Assembly (NCBI GenBank): GCA_017987425.1
Contig: JAGNTT010000002.1
Location: 1-39,643, forward strand
DNA length: 39,643 nt
Source: Candidatus Omnitrophota bacterium
GTDB taxonomy: Bacteria; Omnitrophota; Gorgyraeia; Zapsychrales; Fredricksoniimonadaceae
Reading direction: 5' to 3'
Below, one piece after another: positions 1 through 8,386 of the stretch. Each line of letters opens with the position of its first letter. The first letter of the stretch is position 1. Both the position numbers and the translations under genes were made by a program. The notes beneath the pieces are model-generated. The model was not told the origin of the DNA. It saw nothing but the letters and a program-made list of their open reading frames with translations, and made no database searches.

Positions 1-3000
1 CGTTAACTGTTCCGACGACTTGCAATTTAACGGTCGGTGTTGTCGTACCGATACCCACATTGTCCGAGGTGGCCGTGTTATACACATTCGTGCCGCCGTC
101 TGTCCATCCGCCTGCCGCAACGCCTGAAGGCAATGACGTCAGTCCCGAACCATCGCCGTACAATGTCCCGTCAACTTCCAGATCGCCTTCGACATATAAT
201 TCTCCGGCTGCCGTCGCGTTAGTATTAGTTCCCGCTCCCGTCCAGATCCTCACTTCATCCTGGCGGATGTCCACCATACCTGTCGGTGTGAATGTTCCGA
301 TCCCCACAGGACCGGCCGCATAAACTTCGCCGTTCACATTGAGCAGCGCTACCGTTGCTGATGTCGTGCCGATGCCCACATTGCCGGTCGAGAATACTGC
401 CGCGGTCGTCGCGTTGGAAAATGTTGTTGTACCCGTTAACGTGTTGGCATCCGTGCCGGACTGCGTATATCCGCCCGATGTCGCGATGCCTGTTGAGGCC
501 GCGATGGCACCGGTGTTGTTGACCTGGAATTGCGATGTCGGACCGACCGCAAAAAGATTAGCGGGATTCGCCGTCGAGATACCCACGTTACCGGACGGAT
601 TGATAACCATGCGCTCGGTACCAGCGGTATCTAAACGGATATAATCTTCGTTCGCTGATTCCTCGGTTTGTACTCTTGTATTATTGTCCGCGTCCGTAAT
701 CGTTGCACCCGCCGCCAGTCCGGTCAGGCCGGAACCATTCCCCACAAAGTTCGTGGCTGTGACTGTTCCGATAACTTGCAGACTTGAAATAGGGCTCACG
801 GTCCCGATGCCGACATTACCATTTAGCACAGCCAGCGCTCCAGCCGGTGTTGATGTGCCGATACCGACGTTGCCCGCTGATGTGACAACAACAAAATTTC
901 CGCTGCCAGTTCCGGTACTGGAAATTTTAAAAGGTGCCGTCGTACCCTGTCTGACGATTTCAAACGATGCGGCGTTCGGTGTAGTTGTACCGATACCGAC
1001 CGTGTCGGTTGTCAATGTCGTATAAATATTCGTTCCGCCATCCGTCCATCCGCCTGCCGCAACGCCGGACGGCAATGAGGTCAGGCCCGAACCGTCTCCG
1101 TAAATAATTCCGTCCACTTCAAGATCGCCTTCAACATATAATTCTCCCGCCCCGTTAGCGTTCGTATTCGTACCGGCACCGGTCCAGAACCTGGAACCTG
1201 TTCCGCCGCGGACTTCAAGTAACGACACCGGAGACCAGGTTCCCACACCGACATTTCCGTTCATGACGGCCAGTCCCGCAACTGGAGCTGTCGTGCCCAG
1301 ACCGACGTTACCGGTGGCAACAATGCCCGTTGCGCCGGAAAATGTTGTCGTACCTGTCAGAGTGTTTGCGGTCGAACCGGACTGCACATATCCGCCAGAT
1401 GACGCGATGCCTGTCGTTGCCGTGACCGCTCCGGAGACGTTGACCTGGAACTGCGATGCCGAACCGACCGACAGCAATGATGCCGGCGAGTTTGTACCGA
1501 TACCGACCCGGTCGGTCGATGTCGAATTGTAAACAAAAACGCCGCTGTCGTTCCAGCCGCCGGCCGCCGCAAGACCAGTAATCCCGGAACCATCGCCGAC
1601 GAAGGATGTCGCCAAAATGGATCCGATGACCTGCAACTTCGCCGTCGGGCTCCAGGTGCCGATACCGGCGTTACCGTTCATCACCGTCAAACCACCCACA
1701 GGTGTTGTTGTACCGATACCGGTATTGCCGTCCGACGTGATGAGCAAAAGATTACCGTCCCCGGTCGCTGTTGATGACACCATCAACGGAGCTGTCCCGG
1801 CTGCGGTCTTGACGATCTCGAGCGTTGATGTCGGGGTTGTCGTCCCGATACCCACGTTGTCCGAGGTCGTTGTGTTGTACACGTTCGTGCCGCCGTCTGT
1901 CCATCCGCCTGCCGCAACGCCTGACGGTAGTGAGGTCAATCCGGAACCATCGCCGTACAATGTCCCGTCAACTTCCAGATCACCTTCCACATATAATTCT
2001 CCGGCTGCCGTCGCGTTGGTGTTCGTTCCCGCTCCGGTCCAGATTCTTACTTCATCCTGGCGGATGTCCACCATACCTGTCGGTGTAAATGTTCCGATGC
2101 CCACGGGACCAGCAGCATATACTTCACCGTTAACGTTCAATAATGCAACCGTCGTTAATGTGGTACCGATGCCCACATTACCGGTTGAGAATACTGCCGC
2201 GGTCGTCGCGTTCGAAAATGTTGTCGTACCCGTCAACGTGTTGGCGCCCGTGCCGGACTGCGTGTATCCGCCGGATGTCGCGATGCCCGTTGAGGCCGCG
2301 ATGGCGCCTGTGCTGTTGACCTGGAATTGCGATGTCGGACCGACCGCCAAAAGATTAGCGGGATTCGCCGTCGAGATACCCACGTTACCGGACGGATTGA
2401 TAACCATGCGCTCCGTACCCGCGGTGTCCAGACGGATATAATCTTCGTTCGCTGATTCCTCAGCCTGGACTCTTGTATTATTGTCTGCGTCCGTGATCGT
2501 TGCTCCGGCCGCCAGTCCGGTCAGGCCGGAACCATTCCCCACAAAGTTCGTGGCTGTGACTGTTCCGATAACTTGCAGACTTGAAATAGGGCTCACGGTC
2601 CCGATGCCGACATTACCATTTAGCACAGCCAGCGCTCCAGCCGGTGTTGATGTGCCGATACCGACGTTGCCCGCTGATGTGACAACAACAAAATTTCCGC
2701 TGCCAGTTCCGGTACTGGAAATTTTAAAAGGTGCCGTCGTACCCTGTCTGACGATTTCAAACGATGCGGCGTTCGGTGTAGTTGTACCGATACCGACCGT
2801 GTCGGTTGTCAATGTCGTATAAATATTCGTTCCGCCATCCGTCCATCCGCCTGCCGCAACGCCGGACGGCAATGAGGTCAGGCCCGAACCGTCTCCGTAA
2901 ATAATTCCGTCCACTTCAAGATCGCCTTCAACATATAATTCTCCCGCCCCGTTAGCGTTCGTATTCGTACCGGCACCGGTCCAGAACCTGGAACCTGTTC

Positions 3001-4000
3001 CGCCGCGGACTTCAAGTAACGACACCGGAGACCAGGTTCCCACACCGACATTTCCGTTCATGACGGCCAGTCCCGCAACTGGAGCTGTCGTGCCCAGACC
3101 GACGTTACCGGTGGCAACAATGCCCGTTGCGCCGGAAAATGTTGTCGTACCTGTCAGAGTGTTTGCGGTCGAACCGGACTGCACATATCCGCCAGATGAC
3201 GCGATGCCTGTCGTTGCCGTGACCGCTCCGGAGACGTTGACCTGGAACTGCGATGCCGAACCGACCGACAGCAATGATGCCGGCGAGTTTGTACCGATAC
3301 CGACCCGGTCGGTCGATGTCGAATTGTAAACAAAAACGCCGCTGTCGTTCCAGCCGCCGGCCGCCGCAAGACCAGTAATCCCGGAACCGTCACCGTAAAG
3401 CGTTCCGTCCACTTCAAAATTTCCGGTTACATAAAGATCGGACGATCCCGTGCTGTTATTGAACGTTCCGGTACCAATCAGCGCATCCCCGCCCGCCAGC
3501 TGCAATGCGGCCTGCGGCGATGTCGTGCCGATACCCACGTTACTTCCGACCAAAACTCGGTTGCCAAAAAAATTATTATCGACTTCCATGTCGTTCTGGA
3601 CATAAACATCACCGGTGCCGGCGGCAAAGTCGACTGTGCCGCCCAAACCAAAACGGGCCAATCCACCGACCACTTGGAGTTTGCCTAACGGATTGACGGT
3701 GCCCAGACCGATGTTGCCGTCAACGACCAAACCTTCTGTTTCGGAACATTCCACCAGGCCGCTGTCGATGCGGATACAGCCGCGTGCGGCGATGTTACCG
3801 ATGGAATCAATGTGGGCCTGTTCGACGCTTGCGGAATTGCGGATGGAAAATCCGGACGAACCGTCTGTCGAATCGGTGACGGCTTCTATATCAGCGGCTT
3901 GGGCAAGACTGGATGGAAAAACAAGAAGGAAGGATGTCAGAAGAGAAACGAATACCCAGAAGAAATTCTCGGTCAATTTTTTTAACTGGCTCAATAGCAT
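1..4000 (-). CDS. Giant secreted repeat protein, N-terminal 1333 codons (3' end lies beyond the left window edge)
   Basis: Absent from the supplied ORF track because it has no in-window stop. The ATG at 4000 is preceded by an in-frame TAG (4003-4001). I read the reverse-complement frame codon by codon from 4000 to about 1520 and checked 2-650 for TTA/CTA/TCA at positions = 2 mod 3; 711-1591 is covered by its base-for-base identity to 2508-3388. About 60 nt (651-710) rests on near-identity to copy 2 only. No stops were seen. The N-terminus MLLSQLKKLTENFFWVFVSLLTSFLLVFPSSLAQA/ADIE looks like a Sec signal peptide with an AXA site. The body is Gly/Thr/Val-rich, with recurring GNVGIGT(T/S)xP and GELYVEGDLEVDGxxYGDGSGLTSLPSGVAAGGWTDGG motifs typical of tail-fibre-like or surface-fibre proteins. 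Confidence 0.85.
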   Translation of the reverse strand, partial: MLLSQLKKLTENFFWVFVSLLTSFLLVFPSSLAQAADIEAVTDSTDGSSGFSIRNSASVEQAHIDSIGNIAARGCIRIDSGLVECSETEGLVVDGNIGLGTVNPLGKLQVVGGLARFGLGGTVDFAAGTGDVYVQNDMEVDNNFFGNRVLVGSNVGIGTTSPQAALQLAGGDALIGTGTFNNSTGSSDLYVTGNFEVDGTLYGDGSGITGLAAAGGWNDSGVFVYNSTSTDRVGIGTNSPASLLSVGSASQFQVNVSGAVTATTGIASSGGYVQSGSTANTLTGTTTFSGATGIVATGNVGLGTTAPVAGLAVMNGNVGVGTWSPVSLLEVRGGTGSRFWTGAGTNTNANGAGELYVEGDLEVDGIIYGDGSGLTSLPSGVAAGGWTDGGTNIYTTLTTDTVGIGTTTPNAASFEIVRQGTTAPFKISSTGTGSGNFVVVTSAGNVGIGTSTPAGALAVLNGNVGIGTVSPISSLQVIGTVTATNFVGNGSGLTGLAAGATITDADNNTRVQAEESANEDYIRLDTAGTERMVINPSGNVGISTANPANLLAVGPTSQFQVNSTGAIAASTGIATSGGYTQSGTGANTLTGTTTFSNATTAAVFSTGNVGIGTTLTTVALLNVNGEVYAAGPVGIGTFTPTGMVDIRQDEVRIWTGAGTNTNATAAGELYVEGDLEVDGTLYGDGSGLTSLPSGVAAGGWTDGGTNVYNTTTSDNVGIGTTTPTSTLEIVKTAAGTAPLMVSSTATGDGNLLLITSDGNTGIGTTTPVGGLTVMNGNAGIGTWSPTAKLQVIGSILATSFVGDGSGITGLAAAGGWNDSGVFVYNSTSTDRVGIGTNSPASLLSVGSASQFQVNVSGAVTATTGIASSGGYVQSGSTANTLTGTTTFSGATGIVATGNVGLGTTAPVAGLAVMNGNVGVGTWSPVSLLEVRGGTGSRFWTGAGTNTNANGAGELYVEGDLEVDGIIYGDGSGLTSLPSGVAAGGWTDGGTNIYTTLTTDTVGIGTTTPNAASFEIVRQGTTAPFKISSTGTGSGNFVVVTSAGNVGIGTSTPAGALAVLNGNVGIGTVSPISSLQVIGTVTATNFVGNGSGLTGLAAGATITDADNNTRVQTEESANEDYIRLDTAGTERMVINPSGNVGISTANPANLFAVGPTSQFQVNNTGAIAASTGIATSGGYTQSGTDANTLTGTTTFSNATTAAVFSTGNVGIGTTSATVALLNVNGEVYAAGPVGIGTFTPTGMVDIRQDEVRIWTGAGTNTNATAAGELYVEGDLEVDGTLYGDGSGLTSLPSGVAAGGWTDGGTNVYNTATSDNVGIGTTTPTVKLQVVGTVN
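36..3388. repeat. In-frame tandem repeat, period 1797 bp (599 codons), about 1.9 copies in the window, inside the giant CDS
   Basis: 36-1591 aligns without indels to 1833-3388 at an offset of 1797. 711-1591 matches 2508-3388 base for base in my line-by-line comparison (881 bp). 36-710 versus 1833-2507 shows scattered substitutions, roughly 5-10% by eye. Each unit contains two related sub-modules, for example 75-200 versus 1021-1150. Confidence 0.9.
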
Positions 4001-4313
4001 CTAGTGATTTGAGTATAAGTCCAATAAAATTTAGTAGTTTGAATTTTTCTAATAGCATTCTAATTGATGGATGCATGTAAACAAGTTTTGTTTGAATTAT
4101 TTTCAATGCTGACCGCTGCGAAAACATGTTTTCCCCGTCGGGTTAATTAATAGTTCATTAAATCATTAAAATTTTTTAAGAAAAATTTTAAAATCGCGAT
4201 ATTTCGAACAAAATACGAAATACAGATTGGGTTTTTCGGAACATGTAAACCGTTTGTATCGCATCAGATAGTCATTTTCCTGCGGCCCGTTCTTGCGGGG
4301 GGCTTATAACTGT

Positions 4314-6017
4314 TCAAATGGCCTCGATGCCTTGCATGCGAAGAAGAAGTTCACGTGCCAGAGGAACCGCATTATGACTGGAACCGCCGTGTTCCAGGAA
4401 CACACAGTAAACCACCGTTCGTATGTCCGAACGGGAATATCCCACAAACCACGCGTGGTTCTCCTTGCCCTGCCCAGCCTGCGCGGTCCCGGTCTTTCCG
4501 AAACTTTTAAGCCCGGGAATTTTCAGATCATGCGCAGTACCGCTGGAATCTTCGACAACGCTTCTTAAACCTTCTTCAAGCGGAGTCAATGTGGCGGGAC
4601 TTAAACGAAGCATGGACGTCTTCGCAAAACGGTCGGTTGGTTTTCCACCAATGGATAGAATAAAATGCGGCTGAACGATTTTTCCTCGGTTGGCGACAAC
4701 GGACATCATCTTGACAAGCTGCAGCGGAGTTGCCAAGATTTTTCCCTGTCCGATGGAAAAATTCAGAGTATCTCCCGTGAACCACTGACCGCGCTGTGAA
4801 CCCCGGCTTGGGACCGACCCGGGGGCTTCGGTCGGAAGATCGATGCCGGTCTTCCCCCCCATTCCCATGATGCGCGCAAATCGCCTGACCTCGTCGGACC
4901 CGACGAGAAGACCCAGATGATAAAAATATACGTTGCACGAATGGGTGATCGCCTGGATCAAATTCTCGTCGTTGTGCACCTGCGTGCATCCGAAACGGAA
5001 TTTGCCGATTGAATAATAACCGGGACAAATGAAAGTAGTATTTCGGGTGATATTTTTTGTTTCCAGAGCGGCGAGCGCGACAGGAATCTTGAACACGGAT
5101 CCCGGCGGATACTGCCCGCTTGTCGCGCGGTTTAAAAGAGGCGATGCCGCGTCCTGAAAATAATTTCCTATTTCCCTGCGGCTGTTGGGATCAACGAAAT
5201 CATTGGGGTCGAACGCGGGCGATGAGACGAGCGCGAGAATTTCGCCGTTGTCCGCGTCCATGACGATCACGGCGCCGCGTTTTCCCAGCAGCAGTTCATC
5301 GGCGGTGTCCTGAATGTCCTGGTCGATGGTAAGCGCAATGTCATTGCCCACCTTCGGATTTCTTAAGCCGAGCAGCCTGACTTCCTGCCCGCGGTTGTTG
5401 ATCTCGATCTGCCTTCCGCCGGGCTCCCCCCGCAAGTCATCGTCATAAAATTCCTCCACTCCCGTATAACCCACGATGCTTTGCAGGCTGTATCCGTAAT
5501 CTTTGAGCTGTTCGATTTTGGCCCGGCTTATTTTTCCGACATATCCCAATACATGCCCCCCCACCGCGCCCTGAGGATAAACACGCCGGTAACTTTCCTC
5601 GACCATGAGCCCGGGAAAATGGAACTTATTTTCCTCGATCTCGACGGCAACATCGCGCGGAATATCCTCGGCAATGACGATCGGAGTAAACGGAGTCAGA
5701 AATTTCCGCCTGAATCTTTTGTTAAGCTCGTCGGCGGAAACATGAAGAACATTCGACAGATATGTAAACAGGGCCCGCCGGTCGTCGATGTCCTGGGAGA
5801 CCACGGAAACGTTGAATGTCAGAATATTATCCGCGAGTACCGCGCCTTTACGGTCAAAGATTTTTCCGCGCGCGCCTTCCAAAGCAACGACACGGATGCG
5901 GTTACGCATGCTCAAATTATAGTAATACTGTCCCCGTATGACCTGCTGATAAAACAGATTAACCCCAACCGCAAGAAGCAGAAAGTAAGTTATGTATTTG
6001 ACGATTCGGATACGCAT
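4314..6017 (-). CDS. mrdA: Penicillin-binding protein 2 (elongasome transpeptidase)
   Basis: 567-aa ORF with an N-terminal TM anchor and the transpeptidase motifs SVFK (SxxK), SCN (SxN) and KTGT. It lies directly downstream of mreD. Confidence 0.9.
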   Translation of the reverse strand: MRIRIVKYITYFLLLAVGVNLFYQQVIRGQYYYNLSMRNRIRVVALEGARGKIFDRKGAVLADNILTFNVSVVSQDIDDRRALFTYLSNVLHVSADELNKRFRRKFLTPFTPIVIAEDIPRDVAVEIEENKFHFPGLMVEESYRRVYPQGAVGGHVLGYVGKISRAKIEQLKDYGYSLQSIVGYTGVEEFYDDDLRGEPGGRQIEINNRGQEVRLLGLRNPKVGNDIALTIDQDIQDTADELLLGKRGAVIVMDADNGEILALVSSPAFDPNDFVDPNSRREIGNYFQDAASPLLNRATSGQYPPGSVFKIPVALAALETKNITRNTTFICPGYYSIGKFRFGCTQVHNDENLIQAITHSCNVYFYHLGLLVGSDEVRRFARIMGMGGKTGIDLPTEAPGSVPSRGSQRGQWFTGDTLNFSIGQGKILATPLQLVKMMSVVANRGKIVQPHFILSIGGKPTDRFAKTSMLRLSPATLTPLEEGLRSVVEDSSGTAHDLKIPGLKSFGKTGTAQAGQGKENHAWFVGYSRSDIRTVVYCVFLEHGGSSHNAVPLARELLLRMQGIEAI

Positions 6018-6030
6018 GGGAATTTATAAA

Positions 6031-6090
6031 GTATCAGTGACCAGTGCCAGTGATCAGCTCAGCAATCAGTTTTCTGAACATTGTCACTAG
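6031..6090. repeat. Heptamer-based intergenic element, copy A (degenerate)
   Basis: atCAGTGACCAGTGCCAGTGATCAGCTCAGCAATCAG is a run of CAGTGAN-like heptamers, with a weak complementary segment at 6074-6089. It lies between the mreD stop and the mrdA ATG and ends 14 nt from that ATG. Confidence 0.4.
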
Positions 6091-6092
6091 GA

Positions 6093-6578
6093 TTAAAGAC
6101 GAATTTTATCCGCCAGAGTTTTTAACCTTGAAAAGACAAACGTCGCCGACAGCATGGTGATGAGAATCTCCGGAATAAAGACATATTGAAAAACGACTGT
6201 CCAATTCACATCATTGTTCATGGCATATAAAAGCCCCTGAGCGAAAACAAAAACCGACACCACCCCGCCGGTAACCATAAGCCTGGATAATTTTGAACCG
6301 GGACGATAGAAGTTGCGGCGCATAACTGTCGCGAAAAACGCGCAGCACATGAACAGAAAAATATACGTTCCGAAAACTTCGGAACTGAATGCATCTTTGA
6401 AAATGCCTGCAAAAATTGCGGCCAAAAGTCCGTAACGTATCCCCAGATACAGATTGAAAAAAACAATCAGAATCAAAAGCAAGTCCGGCTTTCCCCAGCG
6501 GCCAAAAACATCAAAGAGAAGAAACTCAATAAGAAAAAAAGTGTAGGTAAGAATGAAAATGGTGAGTAATCGTTTCAT
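6093..6578 (-). CDS. mreD: Rod shape-determining protein MreD
   Basis: 161-aa polytopic membrane protein of MreD size and hydrophobicity pattern, immediately upstream of mrdA. Confidence 0.7.
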   Translation of the reverse strand: MKRLLTIFILTYTFFLIEFLLFDVFGRWGKPDLLLILIVFFNLYLGIRYGLLAAIFAGIFKDAFSSEVFGTYIFLFMCCAFFATVMRRNFYRPGSKLSRLMVTGGVVSVFVFAQGLLYAMNNDVNWTVVFQYVFIPEILITMLSATFVFSRLKTLADKIRL

Positions 6579-6597
6579 CGCGCGGACTCAGGATGCA

Positions 6598-7029
6598 TCA
6601 TGGTTTCTTTCTTAAGAAACTCACAATCTCCGCTTCCTTTTTTCTCATACGTGTGATGTCTTTGGGCGAGTGATCGTCATAACCCAAAAGATGCAGAATA
6701 CCGTGAACCAGATACAGCTCGATCTCGGCGGAGGTCGTGGTGTCATAAGTTGCGGCATTCTGCGCGGCAACCGCCGGGCAAATGATAATTTCAGCCTGAA
6801 TCTCTTTTGTTTTTGGAGACAAACGGTAATCGAACGTCAGAATGTCAGTCGTATAATTGTGACTTAAATGGCGGGCGTTTAAAGATTTCATGCGCTGGGG
6901 AGTCACAAAAACAACGGAGAGCTCGGCCCTGGAAACTCGCAAATGCCGGAAGGTCTGAAGAACGAGCTTTTTAATCCTCGTCGGAAGGATGGGGATTTTC
7001 GTCTGAAGATTTTTTAGTGTGATGTCCAT
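6598..7029 (-). CDS. ybeY: Endoribonuclease YbeY (rRNA maturation factor)
   Basis: Contains the HGILHLLGYDH zinc-binding motif. I prefer the start at MDITLKNL (ATG 7029) over the track start at 7062. Either start overlaps the upstream HD gene (59 or 92 nt), which is an unusually long overlap. Confidence 0.85.
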   Translation of the reverse strand: MDITLKNLQTKIPILPTRIKKLVLQTFRHLRVSRAELSVVFVTPQRMKSLNARHLSHNYTTDILTFDYRLSPKTKEIQAEIIICPAVAAQNAATYDTTTSAEIELYLVHGILHLLGYDDHSPKDITRMRKKEAEIVSFLRKKP

Positions 7030-8377
7030 TGGCCTTTTTTTCCGGATATTTGACGCGGCCATGATACATGGCGGTCAAGACGCGCGAGAATGTGCCTCCA
7101 ATAACGTCGATGTCCCGGAGCGTCAAATTGCATTCATCCAGCTGGCCGTCGATGAACTTGTTGTTGATGACCTTGCGGACAACCTCATCGATCTTGACGG
7201 GCGAGTGCTCATCGAGCGCCCGCGTCGCCCCTTCGACGGAATCCGCCAGCATAACGATCGCGGTCTCCCGTGTCTGCGGTTTGGGGCCGGGATAACGGTA
7301 GTTCTCTTCATCCACCTTCTCGCCGCCCGCTTCCGCCAGGGCTCTCTGATAAAAATAAAAAATCAGCGCCGTCCCGTGATGCTGCGGAATAAAATCAATG
7401 ATCCTCTGGTTCAAGCGGTTTTTCTTGGCAAGCTCGATGCCTTCCTTCACGTGATTTAAAATCACCAGCCGGCTCATGGACGGCTCCAAGTCATCATGCT
7501 TGTTGCCCGAGACCATCTGGTTTTCGGTGAAATATTCCGGTTTGACCATCTTGCCGATGTCGTGATAATACGACCCCACACGAGCCAGAAGTCCGTGAGC
7601 GCCGATCGCGTCCGCCGCGGCTTCCGCCAAGTTGCTTACAATAAGACTGTGATGATACGTTCCCGGCGCCTCAATGATCATTCGTTTGAGAAGCGGCTGG
7701 CTCGATGAATCCGCGAGTTCCAAAAGCGTGAAATGCGTGATCTCGCCGAAAATGGTTTCAAATATTTTGAGGGTCGAGACCACCACAAAAAAACAGATGA
7801 TACCGTTGATAAAAAGCGGCTTGACGACAAGATCGAATGTCGCGGGCGTAACCACGGGATTGAGCAAGAGGGCGCACACGACCTGGATGAGCCCCACATA
7901 AATACCGGCGGCGATCAGCCTGCCGCGCGTGCGGGCACCCCTCACTGTATAAGCCCCAACGAGCCCGCTTAAAAAGAATGGGATCATCATGCTCATTGGA
8001 CCGCCGGTCATGAGCGTCACAACGGCGCTGGAAATAAATGCCATGAGAAAAACAAGCTGAAGATCATTGAATAACAGCATCGTTAACATCGTGAAACTGG
8101 CAACAGGAATGTAAAGCGGAGTGATGTGCGGATACGCGCGCAACAGGTTGGTTAAAAACATCAACAGGGCGAGCAAAAGTCCGAGGTTTACCAGAAGTCT
8201 GATGTTGGCTTTCCCGAAATAAGCCAGATGCACAGCCAGAAAAAACAAGAGAAGCGGAATGACAAGCGAATATTTGCTGATGGCAAGAACAACACCCAGA
8301 ATCAATAGGATTGAAACGCCTATGATGGCAGGCCACATGCTGCGCCGGATCGTGTTGGATTTGGCTGTCGCGTTCAT
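6971..8377 (-). CDS. 7TM-HD membrane phosphohydrolase (PgpH/YqfF-like), short form
   Basis: Multi-TM N-terminal half followed by an HD domain (HHSLIVSNLAEAAADAIG...YYHDIGK). It sits between phoH and ybeY, as in the conserved phoH-yqfF-ybeY arrangement. Confidence 0.8.
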   Translation of the reverse strand: MNATAKSNTIRRSMWPAIIGVSILLILGVVLAISKYSLVIPLLLFFLAVHLAYFGKANIRLLVNLGLLLALLMFLTNLLRAYPHITPLYIPVASFTMLTMLLFNDLQLVFLMAFISSAVVTLMTGGPMSMMIPFFLSGLVGAYTVRGARTRGRLIAAGIYVGLIQVVCALLLNPVVTPATFDLVVKPLFINGIICFFVVVSTLKIFETIFGEITHFTLLELADSSSQPLLKRMIIEAPGTYHHSLIVSNLAEAAADAIGAHGLLARVGSYYHDIGKMVKPEYFTENQMVSGNKHDDLEPSMSRLVILNHVKEGIELAKKNRLNQRIIDFIPQHHGTALIFYFYQRALAEAGGEKVDEENYRYPGPKPQTRETAIVMLADSVEGATRALDEHSPVKIDEVVRKVINNKFIDGQLDECNLTLRDIDVIGGTFSRVLTAMYHGRVKYPEKKANGHHTKKSSDENPHPSDED

Positions 8378-8386
8378 AACTTTGTC

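Noticed and set aside
1-3400. Possible CRISPR array or mobile-element repeat, given the large exact repeats
   Set aside because: The period is 1797 bp, the repeats are in-frame coding sequence, and there is no short repeat/spacer structure. No transposase, integrase or terminal inverted repeats are present.
37-4004. Ten + strand ORFs from the track (for example 60-323, 339-644, 684-1025, 1263-1532, 1617-2441, 2481-2822, 3060-3329, 3615-4004) with PTLP/VPIPT-rich products
   Set aside because: They switch frame repeatedly, are low-complexity, and lie exactly antisense to one continuous minus-strand frame that has a signal peptide and coherent GNVGIGT-type repeats. They are shadow ORFs of the giant gene.
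3891-4127. 78-aa minus-strand ORF overlapping the start of the giant gene, with a GGGGA-like RBS
   Set aside because: Most of it is translated from the AT-rich promoter spacer (K/L/I-rich). It overlaps the giant gene by 110 nt in another frame, and I recognise no motif. It is probably spurious, although a regulatory uORF cannot be excluded.
4250-4313. Terminator after mrdA (gcccgttcttgcgggg)
   Set aside because: The stem is only 4-5 bp and no U tract follows on the minus strand, which is not convincing.
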